Virus record (IMG/VR): IMGVR_UViG_3300049189_000069
Span: 1 to 52,148 of that record
Strand: one strand, 5' to 3'
Length of the DNA: 52,148 bases
From: a virus
Lineage: Duplodnaviria; Caudoviricetes
Shown piece after piece: positions 45,528-52,148 of the stretch (position 1 is its first letter; every line of letters begins with the position of its first letter). The notes beneath the pieces are model-generated. The model searched no databases, was not told the origin of the DNA, and worked only from the letters and a program-made list of their open reading frames with translations. A program made the position numbers and the translations under genes.

Positions 45528-46156
45528 TCATTGGCCTGGCAGGTGCCCACCGCACCGGCAAGACAACCCTCGGACGGGAGTTCGCGAAGAAGCACCCGTC
45601 GTTCACGTTCGCCGCGACGTCGGTGAGCGCCATCATGGCGTCGCGGGGCATGGATCCCAGCAAGGACTACGGCATCAGCGAGCGCATCGCGATGCAGAAC
45701 GTGATCCTGAGCGAGCTCGACGCCTTCTACGGGCGCTTCAGGGACAACACAGTGTTCGACCGCACGCCGCTGGACGCTGCCGCGTACCTGCTGGCGGACG
45801 TGCAGCGCGAGAACGTCGATCCGCTGCTGCACCCGGAGATCACCGCGTACGTGCAGCGCGCCATCGACATCACCAACCGGCGCTTCGGCATGCTGCTGTT
45901 CGTGCCGCCCGTGCTGCCGCTGGTCAACGAACCGGGCAAGGCCCCCGCAACGCCAGCGTACGTCGAGCACATTTCACAGATCATCAACGGGCTTCGCTGC
46001 GACGAGCGCATGAAGGTGCGGCACTTCCTGCTGCTGCGCAGCATGGTCAGCATCGAAGACCGTGTGAACGCGCTCGCCGGCTGCACGGGTCGGATGTACC
46101 GCAACCACATGGAAGAGATGAGCTTCCTCGCCGCCAACGGAACGGAGATCCACTGA
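45524..46156 (+). CDS. P-loop nucleotide kinase-like protein
   Basis: GAHRTGKTT, FDRTPLD. Confidence 0.8.
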   Translation: MIIGLAGAHRTGKTTLGREFAKKHPSFTFAATSVSAIMASRGMDPSKDYGISERIAMQNVILSELDAFYGRFRDNTVFDRTPLDAAAYLLADVQRENVDPLLHPEITAYVQRAIDITNRRFGMLLFVPPVLPLVNEPGKAPATPAYVEHISQIINGLRCDERMKVRHFLLLRSMVSIEDRVNALAGCTGRMYRNHMEEMSFLAANGTEIH

Positions 46157-46353
46157 TGGACGAGCTGGAAGGTAAAGAGTGCGCCGTGGAGTTCAACCTG
46201 CCCTACAACGACTGGCCCATCACGGGTCACCCGGCACGCGTATTCGTTCGGAAGGTCGACATGCCGATGGTCAAGCTGGAAGCCTCCTGGGGCTCGACCA
46301 CCATGTGGGTCAACGTGGCGATCATCAAGACGATCCGTCTCTGGCCCTGGTGA
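46156..46353 (+). CDS. Hypothetical protein
   Basis: GGAG SD, TGATG coupling. Confidence 0.6.
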   Translation: MDELEGKECAVEFNLPYNDWPITGHPARVFVRKVDMPMVKLEASWGSTTMWVNVAIIKTIRLWPW

Positions 46354-46424
46354 AACCGAAAATCTCGCGCGCAGCGAGGACGTGAATTTTCGCCCTATAA
46401 GGGCCCTGCCTGCGTCGGTGAAAG

Positions 46425-46446
46425 TAAATAAGCGCTTAGCTATACT
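46425..46446 (+). promoter_or_regulatory. Operator copy fused to TATACT
   Basis: TAAATAAGCGCTTAGCTATACT. Confidence 0.65.
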
Positions 46447-46464
46447 TCTCGCACAGGAGCAACG

Positions 46465-46899
46465 ATGCAGAACCCGCCCACCATCGCGGAAGAGTTGGAC
46501 CGCAAGGCGATCGACACGCTGCAGAGCGTCATGCATGACCTGGCGGTCAGCAAGATCACCGTCAAGGACGCCAGCATGGTGATCGCCACGCTGTGGAACA
46601 CGGTCGCCGGGCTGATCCCCAAGGACACGATGAACCTGATCGCCCAGGCGCAGAACCACGTGGGCAGTCAGCTGGACGCGAGCGAGTGGCCCCACAAGAC
46701 CGTCGTGTTCCACAGCCCCGAATCGACCATCGTCGTGCAGCGGTTCGCCACCAAGGTGGTCGCCAAGGGCACGACCGCGTTCGGGTGCAGAGACGTGACT
46801 GCGCCCGTCGATGCGGTCCACCCCGGCATGTGGGCGGTCGACACGTTCAACCAGTGGTGCACGGCGCTGCAGGCGCGCAGCACCCAACGAATCATCTGA
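46465..46899 (+). CDS. Hypothetical protein
   Basis: AGGAG SD. Confidence 0.75.
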   Translation: MQNPPTIAEELDRKAIDTLQSVMHDLAVSKITVKDASMVIATLWNTVAGLIPKDTMNLIAQAQNHVGSQLDASEWPHKTVVFHSPESTIVVQRFATKVVAKGTTAFGCRDVTAPVDAVHPGMWAVDTFNQWCTALQARSTQRII

Positions 46900-46900
46900 C

Positions 46901-47065
46901 ATGAAGCGCATCACCAACGCCCTCATCCTCACGGCGCTCGAGCTGCTGATCGTGATCCCCGGGGTCATCGGCGTTCTGCACCTGTGCGGAAGGCTCTTCA
47001 ATCCATGGTCGATGGCCCTGGCGGCTGTCTTCCTGCTTGCATTCAACTACTGGACTGAAAAATGA
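46901..47065 (+). CDS. Small membrane protein
   Basis: Two hydrophobic segments. Confidence 0.55.
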   Translation: MKRITNALILTALELLIVIPGVIGVLHLCGRLFNPWSMALAAVFLLAFNYWTEK

Positions 47066-47505
47066 GTGGCATCCTCGCCAAGTACAAAGACCTGCGGGTT
47101 CACTACGACCGGGACCGCACCCTCGACCTGCAAGAGCGCATCGGCAGGATGTCCGCGCAGGAGCTCGATGCCATCCACGTGGGCAAGCACGCTGCCGGAC
47201 ACGTGTTCCTGCTCGAAAGCGACGGCGACCCCAAGGTCATCTGCGAGATGGCGGTGTCACCGTCCAATGGTGACTCGATCGGCACGCTCTACCTGCCCCA
47301 CCCGATCTTCAACAACCGCGGCGCCTACCTCGAGGCACGCGAGGAGATGGTCCAGCTGCTGCTGGACATGGGCAACGCGGGCACGCTGGGCCTGCTGGTG
47401 TGGTGCCCCGCACGGGGTCGCCATTGCCACGTGCGGGACCTGCCGTTCGCGCAGATGGTCGACATCGCCACCAAGCGGGTGCAGGCGGCACTGAAGACGG
47501 CATGA
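47062..47505 (+). CDS. Hypothetical protein
   Basis: ATGA coupling. Confidence 0.7.
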   Translation: MSGILAKYKDLRVHYDRDRTLDLQERIGRMSAQELDAIHVGKHAAGHVFLLESDGDPKVICEMAVSPSNGDSIGTLYLPHPIFNNRGAYLEAREEMVQLLLDMGNAGTLGLLVWCPARGRHCHVRDLPFAQMVDIATKRVQAALKTA

Positions 47506-47606
47506 AGCGCGAACACGTCGAGTGGATGATCTTCTACATGGTGACGGGCATCGCTGCCGCTGCGTGGATCTCCGCGCTTGAAGCACTGGCGGAGTGGTTT
47601 CGGTGA
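47502..47606 (+). CDS. Tiny membrane peptide
   Basis: 34 aa, one TM, coupled at both ends. Confidence 0.45.
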   Translation: MKREHVEWMIFYMVTGIAAAAWISALEALAEWFR

Positions 47607-47827
47607 TCTGGCACTTCAAGAAACGGCACGTCGTGCCCTTCGAAGAGATCGCAGCCGCGCAGCCTCCAGCGCCGTGCGGCGAACAGACTATCCACTACCA
47701 CTGGGAGCTGCTGGAAGAGATGCCGTGTCCACGATGTGCTGCACGACGTGCGGCGGCGCGAAGGGATGCAGATGAAGAACGACTGGCAACTCTGATCGCC
47801 GCAAAAGTTGCGGCACTCATCAAATGA
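47603..47827 (+). CDS. Hypothetical Cys-containing protein
   Basis: GGAG SD; PCG..CPRC. Confidence 0.55.
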   Translation: MIWHFKKRHVVPFEEIAAAQPPAPCGEQTIHYHWELLEEMPCPRCAARRAAARRDADEERLATLIAAKVAALIK

Positions 47828-48393
47828 TCGCCGCCGGCTTCGACCTGGAAACCACCGGCTTACTCGAAGACAGCCATCGGATCGTCGAGATTTGTTTGGC
47901 ACTGTACGACGTCGACAGCGGGCGCCAACTCGGCAAGTTCGTCGAGCGCTTCAACCCCGGGCGCCCGATCGATCCGAAGGCCACCGAAGTCCACGGCATC
48001 CGCTTCGAAGACGTGGCGCACCTGCCCACCCTGGACGACAACGCGCGGGCGATCGAGGTGATCCAGCGGATCGCCAACAAGAGCGACTTCTGGGTGGCGC
48101 ACAACGGGCTCGCGTTCGACAAGCCGTTCATCGAGAAAGAGTTCGCACGGATCGGCAAGCAGCTGTTCGTGCCCACCATGATCGACACGATGGTTGACGG
48201 TCGGTGGGCCACCCCGCTGGGCAAGGTGCCCAACCTGGGTGAGCTGTGCTTCGCCTGTCGCGTGCCCTACGACCCGTCGCTTGCCCACGCGGCGGACTAC
48301 GACGTCGAGCGAATGATGGACTGCTTCTGGTTCGCCTTGAAGCGGGGCTTCTACTCGCTTCCGTCCCAACTTCAACTGAAAGCAGCAGCATGA
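47824..48393 (+). CDS. DEDDh 3'-5' exonuclease (DnaQ/epsilon-like)
   Basis: DLETTG, VHGI, VAHNG..FD, IDT, H.ADYD. Confidence 0.92.
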   Translation: MIAAGFDLETTGLLEDSHRIVEICLALYDVDSGRQLGKFVERFNPGRPIDPKATEVHGIRFEDVAHLPTLDDNARAIEVIQRIANKSDFWVAHNGLAFDKPFIEKEFARIGKQLFVPTMIDTMVDGRWATPLGKVPNLGELCFACRVPYDPSLAHAADYDVERMMDCFWFALKRGFYSLPSQLQLKAAA

Positions 48394-48767
48394 GCTATCC
48401 CAAGGTGAGCGATCTGGTCGGCATGACCATGAGCGCAGTGGAAAAGAAGGAGGACGAGGCGATTGTCTTCACGTCCGTCGACGGAAGGCGCTTCCGTCTG
48501 TACCACTCTCAGGACTGCTGCGAGAGCGTGACGATCGAGAGCGTCGTCGGCGATCTGCAGGACCTGGTCGGTTCGCCGATCCTGCTCGCGGAAGAGGCGA
48601 CGTCCAACGACTGGCCGGCAGGCGTACCGAAGTCGGAATACACCGACAGCTACACGTGGACGTTCTACAAGTTCGCCACGATCAAGGGCTACGTCGACAT
48701 TCGGTGGTTCGGCGAGTCCAACGGCTACTACAGCGAGTCGGTGGACTTCGAAGAGGTGTCGGCATGA
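48390..48767 (+). CDS. Conserved phage hypothetical protein
   Basis: H.QDCCESV..TWTFYKFATIKGYVDIRWFGESNGYYSE. Confidence 0.75.
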   Translation: MSYPKVSDLVGMTMSAVEKKEDEAIVFTSVDGRRFRLYHSQDCCESVTIESVVGDLQDLVGSPILLAEEATSNDWPAGVPKSEYTDSYTWTFYKFATIKGYVDIRWFGESNGYYSESVDFEEVSA

Positions 48768-48982
48768 ACAACGTGACCGACTGGTTCCCTGGCTGTGTTC
48801 GGCCCGCGCACGTGGGCGTCTATGAGACGCTCAGCCGATCTGGCAACTCCGTCCGCTACCAGCACTGGGATGGGCACTTTTGGGGCTTCTTCAAACCCTC
48901 GCCGTACGAGGCACAGGCTCGCGCTCACATGCGAAGCCAGGATCAGTACCCGCAGTGGCGCGGGCTCGCGAAGCCGGAGTAG
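48764..48982 (+). CDS. Hypothetical protein
   Basis: TDWFP...P..VGVYE..WRGLA, a common phage pattern. Confidence 0.65.
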   Translation: MNNVTDWFPGCVRPAHVGVYETLSRSGNSVRYQHWDGHFWGFFKPSPYEAQARAHMRSQDQYPQWRGLAKPE

Positions 48983-48985
48983 CCG

Positions 48986-49207
48986 ATGCCGAAGCGTTTT
49001 GGTAAACGCGAGCGGTGGCGGCGCAAGATGTTCCGCAAGTACAACCCGCCGGAAGTCATCGCATTTCGCCGTGCCATGTATGACCCACACTTCGCACGCG
49101 CTCTGCACACGTGGGCGCGATGCCAGCGCCGTGAGGGCGACACGCTAGCTTTGGCGGTGTGGTGCGAGTTCGCCGAATACTGCCTCGATCGACCCGAGAT
49201 CGACTGA
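48986..49207 (+). CDS. Hypothetical basic protein
   Basis: GGAG SD. Confidence 0.5.
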   Translation: MPKRFGKRERWRRKMFRKYNPPEVIAFRRAMYDPHFARALHTWARCQRREGDTLALAVWCEFAEYCLDRPEID

Positions 49208-49268
49208 CCGTCGACCGCCAGGTCGCGGTGGACATACTGTCCACCATCGATCAACACGAGGGGCGCGA

Positions 49269-49712
49269 ATGACACGACTCGACAAGGTGGTGCAGGCAAA
49301 ATCGATGCTGACCACCCACTTGCGACGCTACATCAGCCAGGTGCAGCTGCGCACGCTGTTCGACATGCTCAAGGGCGAGGAAGCTGAGTGGTTCGCCGAC
49401 AAGATCATCGAGATCGTCGGCGTGATCGACAGCATGCCCGTCACCTACGCCACGGATGGGCAGGGTGAGGACGCAGTGGTGCATTTGCACTACTTCGTGG
49501 GCGGCTGCGACTGGTGGATCACCGAGAAGGATGTCGACGGCGGCATCGACCAGGCATACGGATGGGCAAGTCTGTTCGGTGGTGGCATCCGGGACGCGGA
49601 GCCCGGCTACATCAGCATCGCGGAGATCGTCGCACCAGGGGTGGCGATCCGTGGTGAGCTCGACCTGCACTGGACTCCGAAGACCGTCCGAGAGATCAAG
49701 GGGAAGGCATGA
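49269..49712 (+). CDS. DUF2958-like protein
   Basis: LHYF.GG.DWWITE.D..AYG...E.GYISI.EI..ELDLHW.P. Confidence 0.65.
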   Translation: MTRLDKVVQAKSMLTTHLRRYISQVQLRTLFDMLKGEEAEWFADKIIEIVGVIDSMPVTYATDGQGEDAVVHLHYFVGGCDWWITEKDVDGGIDQAYGWASLFGGGIRDAEPGYISIAEIVAPGVAIRGELDLHWTPKTVREIKGKA

Positions 49713-49951
49713 AGCAACATCCTGTTCCCAAGGTGGGCGATGTCGTTCGCCTGAACGACTACGGCATCAAAATCATCTTCGGGTCGACGCTTGGCTTGTC
49801 GCACATGAAGACCCTGGAGATGCGCATCACCTTCGTCGACAGCGAGTCGATGACTGCGCCAGAACTGACCTTTCCCGTGGAGGTCGACAACGCCGAGATC
49901 AGTCAGTATCTGATCGACCATCGGCACTTCGACATCGTGCGGAGGGCCTGA
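49709..49951 (+). CDS. Hypothetical protein
   Basis: ATGA coupling. Confidence 0.6.
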   Translation: MKQHPVPKVGDVVRLNDYGIKIIFGSTLGLSHMKTLEMRITFVDSESMTAPELTFPVEVDNAEISQYLIDHRHFDIVRRA

Positions 49952-49952
49952 C

Positions 49953-50210
49953 ATGCAGCTGTACAAGGTCAGCAACGAGGACTTGGACGAGCGGCCCACC
50001 TTCTGCACTAAGCAGAGCGCCGCGCACGAGAAGGCGAAGGTGTTTCCCAAGCACACCTGGCCCGCGGTGCGCATCGAGCTCGTGCAGCTGGAGGTCACGC
50101 AGCAGATGATGGCGGAGGTCCTGAGCGGCTGGGGCTGCAAGATGGAAGTGCTGCGCACGTGGAAGCTGAGCGACCGCGGCGGCATGCACGAGTGCCAGAA
50201 CGGAGAGTGA
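49953..50210 (+). CDS. Hypothetical protein
   Basis: GGAGG SD. Confidence 0.6.
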   Translation: MQLYKVSNEDLDERPTFCTKQSAAHEKAKVFPKHTWPAVRIELVQLEVTQQMMAEVLSGWGCKMEVLRTWKLSDRGGMHECQNGE

Positions 50211-50211
50211 G

Positions 50212-50796
50212 ATGGATGTCGAGTACCGATACGGCATGACCAGCGAATGGAAGATCGTCTGTGACTTCTACGGCGACAAGCGCGCTGAGCGCAGTCAGGT
50301 GCCGCTGATCAACCACATCAAGGAGGGCGTCGCCGTCCTCGAGCACCTGTGCGCCGGCATGACGACGATCAAGGCGTTCATGGTGCACCCGCTGTTCCAG
50401 GCGGACGACAGCTTGGCGATGTCGGCACGGTGCACGGCGACGTTGCTTCGGGTTCTTTCGAGCGAGGTCGTGCTGCTGGTGATGGAGTACCGCAACCAGG
50501 CGAACGCGTGGCTCTCGGACAAGGTCGAGAACCACTGCATCATCAACTCGCGCGGCGAGCGTGTGGTGGAAAACTTCCGCATGGTCGGCATGCCCACGCC
50601 CGGCCCGCTGCCCGAGGTGCGTCTGATGCTGATCGCCGACAAGGTGCAGAACTACAAGGACTTCCTTGCGCACCACCACGGCAAGCACGAGCGCAGCGAC
50701 GAGCTGGAACGCTACTTCCAGGCGTGGTTCAGGGCGCTCGGTGTCACCCACACCCAGTGGCTCGAGCTGTGCAAGGTGATGGCGGAAGTGCAGTAA
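50212..50796 (+). CDS. Hypothetical protein, degenerate HD-hydrolase-like
   Basis: R...S.VPLINHI.EG, AF.VHP, LIADKVQN. Confidence 0.6.
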   Translation: MDVEYRYGMTSEWKIVCDFYGDKRAERSQVPLINHIKEGVAVLEHLCAGMTTIKAFMVHPLFQADDSLAMSARCTATLLRVLSSEVVLLVMEYRNQANAWLSDKVENHCIINSRGERVVENFRMVGMPTPGPLPEVRLMLIADKVQNYKDFLAHHHGKHERSDELERYFQAWFRALGVTHTQWLELCKVMAEVQ

Positions 50797-50845
50797 AACA
50801 GGGGCGCGGCAAAATAGCGACTTTGGTTCTTGGTAAGGAGAGGCA

Positions 50846-51205
50846 ATGACAGCAAAGACCCTTGTGGCACTCGAGAAGCAGCGCGCCGAGATCGACGCCC
50901 AGATTCAGGCGATCCGCACCCGGGAGATTCCCGGTGTCGTGCAGCGAATCAAAGAGGCGATCGCCCATTACGGTCTGACGCCGGATGACCTGTTCAACGG
51001 GCACGGGCGCCGTCCCAACCAGAGAACGATCGCGGCAATGACTGAAGCTCGGGAGATGGCGAAGACGCCGTCGAAGAAAGCCACCAAGCGCACCATCTAC
51101 CGTGACCCGAAAACCGGCGCGACCTGGAACGGCAATGGCAGGCGCCCCAGCTGGATCGTCGCCCTCATGGACGCCGGGCGGGACAAGGAAGAATTCAGGG
51201 TGTGA
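50846..51205 (+). CDS. hns: H-NS family nucleoid-associated protein
   Basis: N-terminal coiled coil, YGLT..DL, YRDP.TG.TWNGNGRRP.WI. Confidence 0.88.
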   Translation: MTAKTLVALEKQRAEIDAQIQAIRTREIPGVVQRIKEAIAHYGLTPDDLFNGHGRRPNQRTIAAMTEAREMAKTPSKKATKRTIYRDPKTGATWNGNGRRPSWIVALMDAGRDKEEFRV

Positions 51206-51363
51206 AGAAACTTTACATCCCGCAGCCACAGTCAACCGACTATCGTCCGACGTGGCGGGACACTGTCGACTTCCTGTTCCTCTTTGCCTGCGCGGTCGCC
51301 ATCTCTGGTGTTGTGGTGATGGTTATCGACCTACATCTGACGAGGGTGGCGCAGGGCGGCTGA
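51202..51363 (+). CDS. 53-aa single-TM protein (not in the ORF track)
   Basis: GTGA coupling; FLFLFACAVAISGVVVMVI. Confidence 0.45.
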   Translation: MKKLYIPQPQSTDYRPTWRDTVDFLFLFACAVAISGVVVMVIDLHLTRVAQGG

Positions 51364-51364
51364 C

Positions 51365-51383
51365 TATACTAAGCGGTGACTTA
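51365..51383 (+). promoter_or_regulatory. TATACT -10 box followed by an operator copy, upstream of the excisionase
   Basis: TATACTAAGCGGTGACTTA. Confidence 0.7.
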
Positions 51384-51393
51384 GTTGCCGCAC

Positions 51394-51618
51394 ATGAAGT
51401 CCGCCGCTCCCATCATCGCCATCGACACCGCGCAGATCGCCGCCCTGCTGGGCGTCAAGCGCCGCTACGCGACCGACGTGATCACGAAGGAGGCGGACTT
51501 CCCGCAACCGGTGATGGACCTGAGCGAGCGCATGCGGCGCTGGGACCAGCGCGAGGTGCTGCTGTGGATCCAGAAGCGAACCCAGCGCCGGAGAGGGACG
51601 CGCAAAGTAGCGTCATGA
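51394..51618 (+). CDS. AlpA/excisionase-like HTH protein
   Basis: IAALLGV..FPQP..RRW...EV..WI; convergent with the integrase. Confidence 0.8.
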   Translation: MKSAAPIIAIDTAQIAALLGVKRRYATDVITKEADFPQPVMDLSERMRRWDQREVLLWIQKRTQRRRGTRKVAS

Positions 51619-51788
51619 GCACAGACAAATACCAGTCGCCCGACTGGGACGAGGAAGATCGGGTCCACAACTGGCGCAACTACGTGAGCGACGAGCTGCG
51701 TGCCATGTGGGGTACATTCACGCCCGAGCAGCGCTCCGCGATCGGGCGTAGCGCAGAGGAACAGGCAAGTCGCGAGGAATGGGACTAG
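51615..51788 (+). CDS. Small acidic hypothetical protein
   Basis: ATGA coupling; VHNWRNYV...LR.MW.TF. Confidence 0.6.
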   Translation: MSTDKYQSPDWDEEDRVHNWRNYVSDELRAMWGTFTPEQRSAIGRSAEEQASREEWD

Positions 51789-52148
51789 GGCAGCAAGGCA
51801 GCTGAGTCCTCTGCGTCCTGATCCTCGATCTTCAACGACAGCTGCGCAGGCAGCAGGGCTGCGTTCCGCTCGGCGTCGTTGTTGTAGTAGGTGTCGCGCA
51901 GCAGCCGCACGTCCTTGGTGCCCACCGCGTGGCTCAGCGCGATCACGTCGATGAACTTGGACAGCCTGGTGCACGCCTCGTGCTTCAGGTCGTGGAAGGT
52001 CAGATCCTCCACGCCCGAGCGATCGCGTGCCTTGCGCCACAGGGTGTCGCGCGTGCTGTCGTTCACGCCGACGATGTAGGGCTGATCCGCAGGCATGGTC
52101 GCGACCAGGCGGTCGAGCAGCTCCATCGCACGCGCGACACCCTGTGGC
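51785..52148 (-). CDS. int: Tyrosine integrase, C-terminal part (5' end outside window)
   Basis: DLTFHDLKHEACTRLS, LSHAVG, YY; frame open to the window end. Confidence 0.85.
   Translation of the reverse strand, partial: PQGVARAMELLDRLVATMPADQPYIVGVNDSTRDTLWRKARDRSGVEDLTFHDLKHEACTRLSKFIDVIALSHAVGTKDVRLLRDTYYNNDAERNAALLPAQLSLKIEDQDAEDSAALLP

Larger units (their letters stand above)
1..52148. mobile_element. Large temperate phage/prophage with phage-plasmid-like gene content
   Basis: Tail-fibre genes, complete replication and recombination set, tRNAs, repressor, excisionase and integrase. Confidence 0.9.

Noticed and set aside
42644-46156. Modified-base genome pathway (2-aminoadenine or similar) suggested by HD hydrolase, dUTPase and kinases
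   Set aside because: No PurZ, hydroxymethylase, glycosyltransferase or queuosine-pathway gene in the window; ThyX plus dUTPase fits ordinary dTTP supply.
1602-51383. CRISPR array or iteron interpretation of the recurring TAAGTAAG motif
   Set aside because: Copies are dispersed singly at gene boundaries, not regularly spaced, and no cas gene is present.
1-52148. Stop-codon reassignment
   Set aside because: TAG, TGA and TAA all end conserved genes at the expected positions, and no suppressor tRNA is present.

Overview
This GC-rich (about 65% by eye), almost entirely + strand window comes from a large temperate bacteriophage or prophage. A Betaproteobacterial host is an inference. Gene order: the end of a virion/tail-fibre region (FN3, repeat proteins, SwmB-like, DUF1996); PhoH; a replication block (Hfq-like, DnaB, primase, WGR-like, ATP-dependent ligase, guanylate kinase); a divergent XRE repressor; CobT/CobS-like VWA and AAA genes; a sigma-like protein; DnaE fused to a UDG-like domain; UvsY-like, SSB, 5'-3' exonuclease, RecA, SleB-like hydrolase, SbcD/SbcC and RuvC; class II RNR; tRNA-Asn and tRNA-Glu; RNA ligase; ThyX, dUTPase, HD hydrolases, DnaQ-like, H-NS, an excisionase and a partial tyrosine integrase. 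This content resembles SSU5/pHCM2-type phage-plasmids (from recall, not searched). Main non-obvious signals: (1) a type I hammerhead ribozyme at the 5' end of the tRNA transcript, positioned to release a 65-nt structured RNA; (2) a ~160-nt tRNA/tmRNA-like structured RNA directly after the RNA ligase; (3) about 17 copies of an 18-bp palindromic operator, many overlapping TATACT -10 boxes; (4) three unrelated proteins ending in [WYF]GSW; (5) 14-bp inverted repeats bracketing the repressor next to a degenerate recombinase-like gene. All family calls rest on motif recognition, not database searches.
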